Source: Lytechinus pictus (Eukaryota). From it: a DNA stretch of 64,000 nt. This document shows positions 38,598 to 52,102 of the stretch, piece after piece (the first letter of the stretch is position 1; every line of letters begins with the position of its first letter). The DNA is taken from assembly GCF_037042905.1 (NCBI RefSeq), contig NC_087250.1:24554001-24618000 (forward strand). The letters run 5' to 3'. The notes beneath the pieces are model-generated. The model saw nothing but the letters and a program-made list of their open reading frames with translations. It was not told the origin of the DNA and searched no databases. The position numbers were made by a program, and so were the translations under genes.

Positions 38598-39296
38598 AGG
38601 CCCCCTCACACCTAACCGAATCGCCTGAAATATGCCTTGCGATGGCTGGCAAAAGGCTTTTTTTTTTCGTTTTCAATGGTATCTGATAGTAAATAATTTT
38701 TACCCTTCGTGTTTGGGTTCGTACATCTTCTGAACTAACAGCTGCGATTTTTCAAATTCGCGCGGAAATTTTGAACAAGTTTAAATTTCCCGAGGAATTG
38801 AAAAATCGTTGGTCATCTGCTTTAATTTGCATCTCTTATTTAGTCTGCGGTAATCGTTCGTTTATCGTTCGTGTGTTTTTGTCGCGCATAGTCCCTCTTT
38901 GCGCTTTTGCCAAAGTGGACCGATCTCGAAAGAACCTGTAACGAAGGAACACGATGACACAACGAACAAGATTGCCCGATCTATTCCCTCGTCTTCGTTT
39001 CTAATCGCACGCCATATCAAACCATTGCTCACTTTCCGTTCGTCTTATTGGGTTATATGAACCCTTCGCTCGCCTTCGGCCGCAATTTTCGAAAAGAGGT
39101 GAACCGAAAAATCGATATCCTTCGCATGTCATATTTATCCTTCGCTTACCGGTCGTTGATAAAATTTAACAATAGTTACTGATCGCATGATTTGACTGAA
39201 ATTTTATTTGAATTCGTTGAATTCGCGTGCATTTCGTTCATTTTTCCCATCCGTCACCCTTCGTCCGCCTACATTCGGTTAGGTGTGAGGGGGCTT
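38598..39296. mobile_element. PIF/Harbinger-type MITE with TAA TSD, inserted in an older repeat (~37810-39320)
   Basis: TIRs aggccccctcacacctaaccgaat / attcggttaggtgtgagggggctt with taa on both flanks. The empty site restores acctaaccccttttgcaaccaaactctt, seen intact at ~38181. Confidence 0.88.
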
Positions 39297-39339
39297 TAAC
39301 CCCTTTTGCAACCAAACTCTTCATTTATCTCTATGGTCC

Positions 39340-40040
39340 TGATAGAGTTATTCTCCCCTTTTATTTTGGTACCATGTTCATATGGATCTTTTCATGCATG
39401 AGTGACTGCGAGACAATCTTCAGAAAGTGGTAAAATCTCAGTTGCTCAGTTGTGCTAAGTTACTGGGTTGCTTGCACCATGGACCTATTACGTAATAGGT
39501 CCATGCTTGCACGCATAAAGACACATACTCGCCATGCAACACCTGCATTGCACATGTAAACCCACACATAAGACATCACCTCTCTCGCACACGCACTCAT
39601 ACAGTCACCCGCACCCTAACACACACTTCCTAAACATTTCATAAATACGTCATATAGCAGTGTTTACCATTTCCCCATTACACATTATCTACATGTTATT
39701 GGATATGTCTTTCGTTGATCAACTATGAACAACTGCCAATTTGCTATACCTAATTTCAAAATGGCTTGCCTGATTTACTGAAATTGAGCCCTTTACAAGT
39801 GTGTGGGTTAGTGTGTGGATGATGGTTTATGTGTGTGTGAGGGAAAGGTGATATGCTGTGTGTGGGTGTGAGTGTCGAATGGCGGGTTGGTGTCTTTCTG
39901 CGTGCACACAATTACCTTTTCACATCTTATCTTTTTTCACCAAGCAACTTGACGCTAAATGAGATTTTACCATTTTCTATTTAAAAAGTCCGTAATCCGT
40001 ATGAAAATTATACCAAAAGATGCGGGGAGAATAATTTTAC
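39340..40040. mobile_element. Diverged inverted-repeat element
   Basis: ttattctcccc...ggtaaaatctca vs tgagattttacc...ggggagaataa; CA-rich left interior, TG-rich right interior. Confidence 0.5.
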
Positions 40041-40794
40041 CAGGTAATTATAACACCTTAGACAAGACATGTACAAACTGAAGGGACATATTTACTCTGA
40101 TTCGCCCTGTAAAGTCTAGGTAATACATGTTTTTGAAGACCAGAAGAAGAAGAGAAAAAGTAAAAAATCAAGTGAAATAAGAAAAAGTAAACGAAAGAAA
40201 AAAGGAAAGAAAGAGCCAAAAAATAAGATGAGAGGAAAAAAGAAAAAAAGGAAAAAAAGACGGAATAAAATAAAAGAAGAAACAACTTAAGCAATACAAG
40301 TAAAAAAAAAGTTACACAATGATGACAACGCGTTCAGAGTTTTTTTCAGATTGTTCAGAAATGATTTTTCGGGATGGTGAAAAAATATTCTAAATGAGTA
40401 AGATTTCTATTCTGTCTCATCACTAAATTATAATTTTCATATTTCTTATTGTTATGTATCAAGTAAAAGTATTGCTCAATTTTGATTCTTAAGAAGTTCT
40501 TACACTCGAAACACGTATGGCATAGAGTCCAAACTTCGCTGACGGTCATTATCTAAAAAAAAAACATCCAATATCATCAACGTGAAAAGCGACCTAAAAT
40601 TACTCCTTGACGTAAGTTTTATTTTAGGAGGAGATCAGTATTCATGAAAATATTGACAGAATATAGCCAAATTTGCCATCGTTGGCGCCCGTTCGTAAGC
40701 ATCTGAATTTCTTAACAAGCATCACGATATTCTAATTTTGCAAGCAGATATATATCATACAAAGCGTGAGTTAAATGTGGTTCTGACGGCAGTT

Positions 40795-43700
40795 TATAAT
40801 CACTCGCGTCGCGTGCGGGTTCGTAATCACTCGCGTTTTGAATTTTTTGCGATTTTTTTTTTATTTCGGTGCGATTTTTTTTTAACGGTGTCTTCAATGG
40901 GACAGACATGCAGGGAAAATAAAATAAAATTGAAATTCGAGTTTCGAGTTTCGTTTTAAGCCGGCAATTAAGTGCCTTAAAATAAAATGTACTCGACTAC
41001 TGTTTTAACATAACTAACAAGCAAATCAGCCATGTGGCTCAACTAACTTAGAATAGATCCGGACTTCTACTGTGTCTTATACGAGGACTCCGAGTCGGAA
41101 CATGCCATATCTGCCACATCGATATTACATCGTATCATTCCCATATGCGGACATGCCTGCATGCAATGGCCCCAAGGCGGCCGGACCCGGCCGCGGTCGG
41201 ACACGACGTGCATCGGTAGCATGGAGCAAGCTAACGTGAGTCGAGCTGAGTTAGATCCCACGTTATATATGAGGCGCCGATTGTACCAATATTATATAGA
41301 ACAATTATTTGTTACATAATCATTATTCATTAAATAATAACTATTATTTACATATAATTTACATTTTGTTTGAAAATAATTACTATTATATAAAATAACA
41401 TTTCTAATTATATATAATTCCAAGTAATACTTCATTACTTGTAAATAATAATAGTTCGACATTCCATTATTTATAAATAATGATTATTTGTTTTTCATTA
41501 TCTATAAATAATAATTTTTGTATTTCATTATTTATAAATAATGACACTTCATACTTCATTATTTATGAATAATTGCAATTCGTTTTTTGTATTATTTATA
41601 AATAAGTTTGTCGAGTTTTCTATTATTTGTAAATGATAATTATATATTAACAATGCCAGTGCACATTTCTTTATTCATAAATAATTTGTTGAGTTTCCCA
41701 TTATTTATAAATAATGAAAATTCATCGTGTTTCATTATTTATAATAAGATTATTCGAATAAGCGAAGAAGATAGTTTGCGAGAGAAGACAGGTCTTCTCA
41801 AAAAACCAATTATTGGCAAGCCATACACGGCCCGCGAAAACAAAGCGCGCCCCTGCGATTCCGCGGGAATTCTCCAAGGACACGCCCCCAGCAACATGTC
41901 TGTGATTGGCTGGGCATGTCATGGATAGCGCCGTTACACAGCGCCCTTGGTGACAGCCAGGCAACGGCAACGGGGGCACAGCCTCTACGCTAAAAAGAAC
42001 CAATGAAATGCATTGAAAGAATTCAGGGACGTGCGCAATACGCGACAGATTTGGAAGCACATGTTCATTCTCAACTAAGCTCTGGGGGATGCAAGACGTT
42101 AATTTGCCCTCCCTCCCGCCCATTTAATAATGGTTGTGAGTGGTTGGTTATAATATTGTCAGGGTCGGAGGGTATTGTTTCTGCCTCCAAAAATGTGGTA
42201 CACATGTTATGAAAAAAGATTGGATGATATAATACATGGTTGTTAATAATTCTGTCCTGATTTTTGTTTATACTCAAATCTGTCAAAAGCGATTGTGCTA
42301 ATTAATCTAAATGTGGTAATAGCGAATTTTAAAGACGGGGCTCGAGATTGCTCAATGAGCCTGTTTAAGTGTAAGTTGTGCCGGTTACAGTTGATTGAAA
42401 TAACCTTATATTTTGGTTGGTTATACTGTTGATAGATAACATGGATTTATTTTGGTTGGTTGGCTGGGCATGTGTTTGGATAGAATTGCATTGGTTGCAT
42501 AGGCTTGTATTAGTTGACTGAATGGGCTTGATTGGCTTGTTGGTCGGATAGACTTGCATTGGTTGGTTGGGCGATATGTTTGGTTGTTTATTATCATAAG
42601 CCAGGATCCACGCTCTACAAGCAAGGCTTTTAGTGGATCCCCTCATTTCCAAACAAGTTCTTGTTAATACAATTGCCCAAATTTTCATAATTTGTCTATA
42701 GTTGATTTGTAATTACAATTGTTGTGTATTTGTGTTTATGCATTTAGTGCATATTTGATTTGTACCGTGATTTTTTATGATGTACATGACGGAAGTTCAA
42801 AATGAACTCGTTTTTATTCGGTTGGATGTGCTTGCGCTGGTTGGGTGGATGGGCTTGCTATGATTGGTTGGTTGGTTATAATGATCATAGGGATTCACGC
42901 TCTCCAAGTAGGTATTTTAGTGGATCCCCTCATTTCCAACCAAGCTATTAATACTTTTGTACAAATTTTAAAATTTTGTCTGTAGTGGACCGGCAATTAC
43001 AATTTATATGTATTTGCAAATTGTTTATGCGCACTATGATGCATATTTAATTCGTGTTTGTATTTGGTAATGATGTACAAGATGAACTGAAATTTGTTTG
43101 GTGGCTTTATATGGTTGGTTGGCTGGGCTTGTTCTGGTTGACTACAATTGCACAAATTTTCATAATTTGCAGTTGATTTGGAATTATAATTGATGTGTAT
43201 TTGTGTTAATGCATTTGATGCATATTGATTGGTACCGTAATTTTTTGTGATGTACATGACGGAAGTTCAAAAGGAACTTGTTTTGTTTGGTTGGATGGGC
43301 TAACATTGGTTGGATGTTTGGGCTTGTTATGATTAGTTGATTGGTTATGATCATATCGATCCACGCTCTATCAGCAGATCCTTTAGAAAGATCCCCTCAG
43401 TTTCAACCAAGCTGATAATACTATTGTACAAATGTTGAATTTGTGTCCGTAGTTGACTTGTAATTACAATTGATATGTATTGTCATTGTTTATGCATCAT
43501 CATTTATAATTGATTTATGTTTGTATGTGGTAATGATGTACAAGGTGAACTTAAACTCGTTTGGCTAGTTAGATTGGCTTTACATGGTTGGATGGTTGGA
43601 TAGGCTTGTTATGGTTGGTTGGTCGGGCTTGTTATGGTTGGTTGGTCGGGCTTGATATGGTTGGTTGGATGGGCTTGTTTTGGCTGGTAGGATGGGCTTG

Positions 43701-44915
43701 TTTTGGTGTTTGGCCTGATTACTGAGTATTTTTTCTTATATCGGTCAAATTTCAACACCAGGGGGAGGCACTGTATACTAATTATGTCAAGAAAATCGGG
43801 ACAGGGGAACCCAACTTTCCAAAGTCTCCTGGTTTGGAAGTCCGGCTGGATGTCTTCCGGCAGGTTCCCCTTCCAAGAATTCACGTTCTGGTCTTGAAGC
43901 CTCTCCCCCAATTTTATTTCACACATGAGATAATCTTGTATTGAATAGATGATAAATGTAAAGAGGGGAATCCGCACCCCAGGAAATACCTGTCCTGGGA
44001 TCCCGTTGGATCTCTTCCTTCTGGGAGGTCACGTGACCCGGTTTCCCCCTTAAAATCTGGTTGATTGTGGCTTGATGAATATTGTTTAGAAACTGTGTAC
44101 TTGTTAAAATATTGTAAATGTCGTTTTAATGATTCTGGTAAAATCCCCCAGAGGCAATAAAGTTGAGAAACGGCAATTTCATGTTCGATCTGTATTTATT
44201 CTCGCAAATAACATTTTTGTTTGAATATCTCATTATTTATAAATAATCATTATTTATAAACGATTTTTACAGTTTGCCATTATATACAAATAATCGTTAT
44301 TTATATACAAATAACCATCATTTATAAATAATGTAATTATTTACAAATAGAATGTAAATTATATATAAATAATAGTTATTATTTAATGAATAATGATTAT
44401 GTAACAAATAATTGTTCTATATAATATTGGTACAATCCGCGCCTCATACGTAACGTGGGATCTAACTCAGCTCGACTCACGTTAGCTTGCTCCATGCTAC
44501 CGATGCACGTCGTGTCCGACCGCGGCCGGGTCCGGCCGCCTTGGGGCCATTGCATGCAGGCATGTCCGCATATGGGAATGATACGATGTAATATCGATGT
44601 GGCAGATATGGCATGTTCCGACTCGGAGTCCTCGTATAAGACACAGTAGAAGTCCGGATCTATTCTAAGTTAGTTGAGCCACATGGCTGATTTGCTTGTT
44701 AGTTATGTTAAAACAGTAGTCGAGTACATCTTATTTAAGGCACTTGCCGGCTTAAAACGAAACTCGAATTTCAATTTCATTTTATTTTCCCAGCGTATTT
44801 GTCCCATTGAAGACACCGTTAGAAAAAAAAATCGCACCGAAATGAAAAAAAATCGCCAAAAATCAAAAACGCGTGTGATTACCAACGCGACGCGAGTGAT
44901 TACGAACGCGAGTGA
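40795..44915. mobile_element. ~4.1-kb non-coding foldback element with ~570-bp inverted arms
   Basis: ~40795-41366 is the reverse complement of ~44350-44915. The interior has ttatttataaataa arrays, a GC-rich block and three ttggttgg-rich direct repeats (~42440-43700). Confidence 0.85.
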
Positions 44916-45755
44916 ATATGATAAGCCGTTCTGACCGATTCTATGGCATTTTGCCGTCATTCTGATATATAAAATATCTTATCTTTTGTGCTTGGGTATT
45001 TGTTTAAATCTTCACAAAACTTTGGTCCGCGAAGTTAGGCCACACTTTTTCAGAACGGATTTCCAGCACAGCGCGCATTCGTCGACCGGAATAGAGTTTT
45101 GAGATCTCGATACCGGCAAAACCCCTTGACCTACTTCACATTCGCGTCAATAATTTTATAGTTTACAATCTTGCCCTTAATTTGATAGTTATTATTTCGA
45201 TTGGTTTTTAGTAAATGTGAATAATTTGTTTGAACGAATTTTAGCCGAATGATAATTTTTAAGTGTCCGCGAAGTTTGGACAACCCATCATACAGACCGT
45301 GAGAAACTCCTTGCTGAAGAATGAAAACAAAAATTTATTCACTCGTCTAATGTGACAAAATCGTAGTATACTCTTCTGGCTTTACAATGTAACCTTTATT
45401 AATATAGGCCTAAAAACGACACAATTATCTTTATCATGAATAATATCATGGTTAAGAATAACTGTTTTTAGTTTTCGATTTTTTTTTCAAACCTATTCTG
45501 TAAATACTGTAAATGTAAAAGTGTTAATCTTTTCACTTTAATCACAATGATACTAGGGACCAGTCTATTTGGAGTGAACTGTATAGCTCTTCTTGGAGTG
45601 AACTTTGCAACTTTTTAGAGAATCGCACTAAAAAGAGATTAAATCCACCCTCGAAATCTCACTCCAAAAGGAGAGGTCCCGAGCCCCTCTCACTTCGAAA
45701 GGAGATCAGACCTTTTATTTGGAGTGTAGGAAAAATGCAGAATAATAATACATAC

Positions 45756-45973
45756 TGTGAGGTATCCGTTGTAGGGGTGAGCTACGATAACATGGAGTGT
45801 TGGTTTGTTGGACGAGTAAGTTAGAGACATCTCACAGGTGAATCGAACACCATAAATATATGTTGATGACAATGTAAATAATTGAAGATGACGTGTTGAG
45901 AAGGTGATCTTGTCTTGAGAGATCTGGAAACCAATCGATGTTTGAGAAGATAATACTCTGCGACCAAATTTTC
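45756..45973 (-). CDS. ZU5-end/UPA-start exon
   Basis: ttgcatcctcag acceptor; KFGRRVL...ITFSTRHLQLFTLSS...LHVIVAHPYNGYLT; GTATGT donor. Confidence 0.75.
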
Positions 45974-46142
45974 CTGAGGATGCAATAAAGTAATAACAAA
46001 AGTCTTAGACCCATATTGCCATCTCCGCTGGCTATATTTTCAGAAAATGTAAATGTAATGCAATTGCTGTATTTGTAATGCGTCTAAATAGGAAATGACA
46101 TGTAGAAAGAAAAAGACAGAGACAATATAATCATATATTTAC

Positions 46143-46487
46143 CTGGTTCTAATTTGGCATAAAGTTTAATACGCGCCCCATCTTTATCTATTTTGCATCC
46201 GTCTGAAGTGATGCAGTAAGGAAGGGAAATAGAAGCAGGTCTGAGGAGTTCTTGAAAGAAGGAACATTGGATGACGGGTGTTATGAGAACCTCTCCATTT
46301 CCCAAAGGGATTTTCGATAAACTTCGTCTCGAAACGGTGAGAGTAACAACTGAACCCATTCCTTTGGGGATCGCTCCCGGAGGGAAGGATATTCTGATGT
46401 TAGGTCCATCTAGCTTGAGTTCTCCGCCATCATGATCAACCAACCCATGCGAAAGAGAATCCAGAAAGCCTGGATGATGTTCCATTG
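46143..46487 (-). CDS. ZU5-domain exon
   Basis: GLVDHDGGELKL...ISFPPGAIP...EVLITPVIQC...RPASISLPYC; phase 1-1. Confidence 0.88.
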
Positions 46488-46816
46488 CTACAAGGAATTA
46501 ACACAATGTGAAACAGAAACACTTCTACATGTATTTGAAATTTGACAATTGGAAGAGAACCTTTGGGGAGAGGTATACGATGTGTCACCCTTGATTTCAA
46601 ATTTGGGCCTTTATGAGAGAGGGGACTCTCATCCCGCTCCCCTATGTAAATGAACCAAAAGTGCCACCTAGGGTTGTCGCACTACTGTACATGCTATAAG
46701 GCTATCTGACATGTCTAAGAGGGGTGGCGGTTTAACTTGATTTCCCAGAAACGTCGTTCCCAAAATAACAGGAGACTTTTAACTTGTTTTAATGTAAATT
46801 TTAAGACTAGTCCTAC

Positions 46817-47068
46817 CTTTTGCTACATTTCTTGCAGCATCGTTGAAATGGAAAGCCTGGACAATTTCAAGAAGCCTCTGCCTTCTTCCTCCTCCCTTGA
46901 CCCATTTTTGTAGCATGCGTAGAACGGCTCTGTGTCGTATTACGTTAGGTTCAAATGTCATTGATAAAGCCATAACTTGAATGATTTCAGAAGCCTTTAG
47001 ATTGGTGCATTGGGAGAGGTAGATGAGGTCTTGAGGTGTGCTTATCCTTCTTGTGATTTCATCAAGAC
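46817..47068 (-). CDS. Death-fold-like exon
   Basis: LDEITRRI...VLRMLQKWVKGGGRRQRLLEIVQAFHFNDAA; phase 1-1. Confidence 0.72.
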
Positions 47069-47459
47069 CTTATTAGTAAAAACACGATATTAAGTCCTTA
47101 TTGATGATTACTCGACTACTAAATAGCGATGAGGCGAAAGAAAACCGGTAGAAACGTCGAAAGATTTTCTCAGAGCTACAAATTAATCACGGACGATTAC
47201 CAACAGTCCTTTTCTGGACAACTACATACTTTTACGCCGTGAACCCACCTATTATCTCTCCACTATAAAGTTATGAATTTCATATCACGTACGGCGTATG
47301 ACAAACGCTGGATACCGCCACAAATCTCACATTGGCTCTCCTTATTAAAAATAAATACAATTCCAACCTGTGAAACGAATTCCTTTTCTAATTTCCGCTT
47401 TTCCACGTTATTTCTCCCTACCCTATCAGGACACGCTTTCACATATTATATCTAATTAC

Positions 47460-47750
47460 CTGTACTGCCGTCCTGGATGTTGTAATCATGAAGAATTTTT
47501 GTTATTCTGTCTTCCCTTTCATTGCTTCCTAAACGTTTTTCCCACCTGTGGAGGAGATGCATTGCTAGTTTCTTCATTGCTGCAGGGTTAAGAGCTACAA
47601 TACGAACGATGTCGTCAATATCAACGCGTAGAGCTTTACCCAGTTCCATCGCCAAAGAGGGACTCTTTATCGGTGAAGCGACGCTGCAAAGTTCCCCAGT
47701 AGTCGGTGAACCCCCACACTGGTCATTATCGTCACCGATCTCCATTCCAT
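47460..47750 (-). CDS. Death-fold-like exon
   Basis: ELCSVA...MELGKALRVDIDDI...AMHLLHRWEKR; phase 1-1. Confidence 0.72.
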
Positions 47751-47940
47751 CTACATTTTTTTTTTCAACGAAACAATATCAAGTAAAATATGAACATCTT
47801 TTCCTGACTAAAATATTTTGTTGATATGTATTTTTCTTAAAATATTTTCCACTTCGATCGTTTATTTACACTGTGATTTCCCAATTTCTCTATCTCTCTT
47901 ACTTGGATTTACTTGGATGTAGAGACGTAAAGCTTGTAGC

Positions 47941-50900
47941 TTATTTGCCCCTCGTCACGTTGGATAGTCTCTGGTAGGGTAAAAACTTTAGTGGATAGTT
48001 TTTCCAGTGCCTCTCAATAGCTGATTTGAACATATTGACACTTGATGCAGAAACCACTTCCTCTGGTAAAGCATTCCAGTTATTTATACTCCTAATTGAA
48101 AATGCATTTTGCCTTATTTGCAATTTGCATCTTTTTTTTCTTAATTTCATACTGTGACCTCTGGTTCTACCATAAACATCCATCTCAAAGAAGTTGTTTA
48201 GGTCAATTTGATCAAGTCCTTTTGAAATTTTGTATATTTGGATCAGTTCAGCTCTTTGTCTTCTATATGATAGAGTAGGTAGATTTAACGCCTTCAGCCT
48301 TTCAGGATAGTCTAGATGACGGAGATGAGGCAATAGTCTGGTTGCTCTCTGTTGCACCTTTTCATGTAGATCTTCATCTCGTTTATATACAGGAGCCCAT
48401 GCAGAGTTGCAATATTCCAGAGTAGGTCTTACAATGGCTTTATAAAGCTTGAGCCATCCTTTCTCATTTAATGCTGTGAAAGACCTCTTAATCATTCCAA
48501 GTTTTGCATTAGCCCTTTTTGCAACATCAGCAGTATGGGTGCTGAAGGATAGAGACTTCTCAAAAAGGACTCCTAGATCTTTCTCTTTTTCATCAGATTT
48601 TACTTCTTGGTGACCGTCTTCAGTTGTCATATGGTATGAGAAGCTTTGATTATTTCGACCATAGTGAATAACTTTACACTTTGACTCGTTGAATTTCATT
48701 TGCCACAAGTTTGCCCATTCCTTTACTGCATTCACATCATCCTGTAGGATATCTGCATCCCTCTGTGAGTCTACAACACGGTACATCTTAGTATCATCTG
48801 AAAATAGCTTCATACTACATCTTACAACATCTGGTAGGTCATTGATGAAACAGATGAAAAGGGTGGGGCCAAGGACGCTACCTTGCGGAATTCCGCTACT
48901 GACTGGTAGTGGTGTGGATAAATGACCTTTGATCATTACTCTCTGAGATCGATCAGTCAAGTAAGCCTCAATCCAGTTTAGTAGATCGCCGCTTATTCCA
49001 TATGCTTCAACTTTACGGAGCAGACGTTTATGAGGGACACTGTCAAATGCCTTCTGATAGTCTAAGTAGATGCAGTCAATGTTGTGTCCATCATCAATAT
49101 CTTTAGTCCAATCCTCTAATACCTCTAACAAATGTGTAGTACATGATCTGCCATTGCGAAATCCATGTTGATTCTTATTCAGTAGATACTCCTCTTCCAG
49201 GTGTTGTAGTAGGATTTTACGCACTATTTTTTCCATAATCTTGTATACCACAGATGTCAAACTGACAGGTCTATAGTTAGAAGGATTATTTCTCTTTCCC
49301 TTCTTGAAAAGTGGTACTACATTGGCCTGTCTCCAGGAATCAGGAACGCTGCCTTCTTGCATCAACTTGGTGAAGATGATTTGTAGCGGTAAACTTATTT
49401 CCTTGTGTACCTCCTTAAGAACTCTGGAGTTTATCCCGTCAGGTCCAGGTGATTTTTCAACATTCAGCTTAGAGAGTAAATCTTCAATATCTTGGACTTT
49501 GAATTCTACTTCTCTTATCTCTACTTCAGTTTTCTTTTGGATGAAAGGCATTGAAGATAGATCCTCTACTGTGAATACACTTCCAAAGAAAGCATTAAAA
49601 GTGCTTGCTTTCTCTTCGTTAGTCTTGGCTGTGAAACCATTTTCTGTTATAAGATCAGGAAAACCAGCTCTAGATTTGGTTTTGCTCTTTACATACTGCC
49701 AAAAACTTTTGGCATTGTCCTTTACTTCTTCTGCAATCTGGTTCTCGAACTCGGCCTTAGCACTTCGGACTTCTGCTGTTGCCCTATTTCGATGTATAAC
49801 AATTAGCCTCCAGTTTTCCTCCGATCGATCTTTCTGATATCTATTCCAATATTTGTGTTTAAGTTTTACAGCCTCTACTGATCTGGTATTCATCCATTGT
49901 GGTCTGTATGCACGAGCTCGCCTTTTTCGGAGTGGTTTGCATTCCTGGACACATTTCAACATCATGATTTCCAAGAGCTTCCATGCTTCAATTCCAGAAA
50001 GGGAAGAAAACTTGTGTTCCCAATTGATCTCTCCAACTTTTTTTCTCATTTTGTCATAGGTTCCTTGATAGTAATTTCTTGCGGGTAATTCCTCAGCATT
50101 TTCACTTGATTCAAGTGACAATTGAAGCAGTAATGACACATGGTCGCTTTTTCCAAGCGGATATCCATAGCTCAAGTCAAGTATTAACTCTTCCTCATCA
50201 GTGAACACCAAATCAAGAGTACTAGGCGATTGTCCATCTCTGTATCTCGTTGGAGATATGACATGCTGATGTAAAAAGAGATCATCTATACAATTCAGGA
50301 ACCTGAGACTTTCTTCATTTCCATTAGCAACATTATTCATCTCCCAGTTGATATATCTATAGTTAAAGTCACCAACTATTAATAAATGATCGAACATAAA
50401 TGTTTGTTGACAAGCTTTCTCAATAAGCTGACATAGTTGATCATTATTCTCATCAGAACTAGAAGGGGATCTATAGATATTTCCGAGAAGTAGCATTTTT
50501 TTATTTACTTCGATGGTAACCCATACAGATTCTTCAAATTTATCTTCATCTATTTCAACCAATGTAGTAGATAGAGTGTCCTTAGTATAAATTGCAACTC
50601 CTCTCCTGGAAACTAGACCTTCATTTGATAAAAATAGTTGATAACCTTGCAATTCCAACTCATTGCGTTGTATATCTAACTGTCTGTTCTTAGGGTAAAC
50701 TTCTGTAAGGGCAATGACACTTGGCTTTAACAACTCAAGCTGGGTTTTGAGTTCATCCCTTTTATTGATGACTTAGTCACAATTTGTATAGTATACAGTT
50801 AAGGAAGAACTGCATGTATTTGGCACAATTTCAATTGGTTGATTGGTCTCGACAGTGGAAGCATCACTTGGTGCATCACTACTAGCTGTAGTACTGTTTA

Positions 50901-51147
50901 AGTCCTCGAGTGCCTCAATGCCTGCTACACTGGGTATATCACTTAGTGTTTCACTAGGTGTGTCACTAGGTGTGACACTGGGTGCATCACTGGGTGCATC
51001 ACCGGGTGCATCACAGGGTGTATCACTGGGTGCATCACTAGGTGCTTCATTGGGTCCTTTCCTTAATGTAACATGTGGTGCAGGTGAAGTGCAAGTGCTA
51101 TCCAATCTACTGTTACTCTCTTTCCGGTACTTGTTCTTCGTTGTCAC
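47941..51147 (-). CDS. LINE ORF2 (AP endonuclease + reverse transcriptase) with one premature stop at 50773-50775
   Basis: YTNCD*...IALTE, IYRSP, GDFN, LDLVFT, SDH (APE); PGPDG, NYRPVSLT, DYQKAFDSV, GIPQGSVLGP, FSDD (RT). The two tracked ORFs are in the same frame. Confidence 0.93.
50930..51050 (-). repeat. 12-bp coding tandem repeat (SDAP/SDTP) in the ORF2 N-terminus
   Basis: Units of ggtgcatcactg / ggtgtgtcacta. Confidence 0.85.
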
Positions 51148-52102
51148 GAAATCTGTGCCGGACTATTTTTCCTTTTCTGATAGCCAGGTGTTTCTCCCCC
51201 TTATCCTCTCTTTCTCTCAATTCCTTCCTCAGTTGTCTATATTCCTCTCTTTCCTTTTGGGTACGATCTCTTGTCATCTGTATTGTCTTAGCAATAGGGC
51301 AGTCTGTACGTCTGGATCGTCTAAGAATTTCCTCACATGAATCAGTGGAGCTCATTACTACTTTTATTGGACGGCAAGATTGATCAGATTTTTTGCCAAG
51401 TCTGTATAAGCTCCATACTTCAAAATGCTTGCCTCCAAGAACCTGGGCGATAGTGGATTCCACATTCTGTGTATCATCTTCCTTTCTAGCCTCTGGGTTA
51501 ACATTTTCTGGTTCTGGTAAACCAAAGATGATTAAATTGTTTTTCCTTCTCTGCCTCTCTTCCATATCATCCAGCTTATATGAAACTGATTTTTCAACAT
51601 TTTTTATTCTCTCCATTACTTTTTGAGTGGGAACAGACTGTTCAGCACCCTTTGATTCTGCAAGGTCCTTTTTCACCTCATCCATCGTTTTGTTCATCTG
51701 CTGATATTTACCTTTACATTCACGTTCATGATCTAGAAAGTCTTGTTTCAGACCAACGACTTCTTTCTGCAAACTTTCTTGTTGAGATTGCAATTTGGCC
51801 ATCATCTTGATCATATTTCCAGCTGTGGCGTTACATGTCCTGCAGTACCAATGTATAGTTTATCCCTCTTCATGAATAATTTCGTACAGTTTAGTAGATA
51901 CATTCTGACAAGTGCAGTGAAACCAATAATTGCAGACTTCACATTCGACTGCTGAGTCATCATCCATAACAATCAAGTTACAACTACTACAGCTGTAATT
52001 TTCCCTCTTTGATTTAGCTCCACGAGACTATGTGCTTACACTTCCCTTTCTCGTTAAGACTTTGCTCGAGTTTGTGATTGTCCCTTTACGACCTTCCATC
52101 AT
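51113..52102 (-). CDS. LINE ORF1 (PHD finger, coiled coil, RRM-like region) with two premature stops
   Basis: CSSC...CEVC..WFHCTC...WYCRTC lies in frame upstream of the tracked ORF; RRKNNLIIFGLPE motif; TAG at 52028-52030 and TAA at 51860-51862. Confidence 0.85.

Noticed and set aside
41067..44649. Identical 64-aa ORFs in both arms as a duplicated gene
   Set aside because: GTG start, no recognisable domain; a by-product of the inverted repeat.
45832..46031. Alternative exon using the acceptor at 46032
   Set aside because: That frame stops at 45832; the acceptor at 45974 gives a ZU5/UPA-like open frame.
49304..51340. Plus-strand ORFs of 177 and 165 aa
   Set aside because: Antisense shadows of the LINE ORFs.
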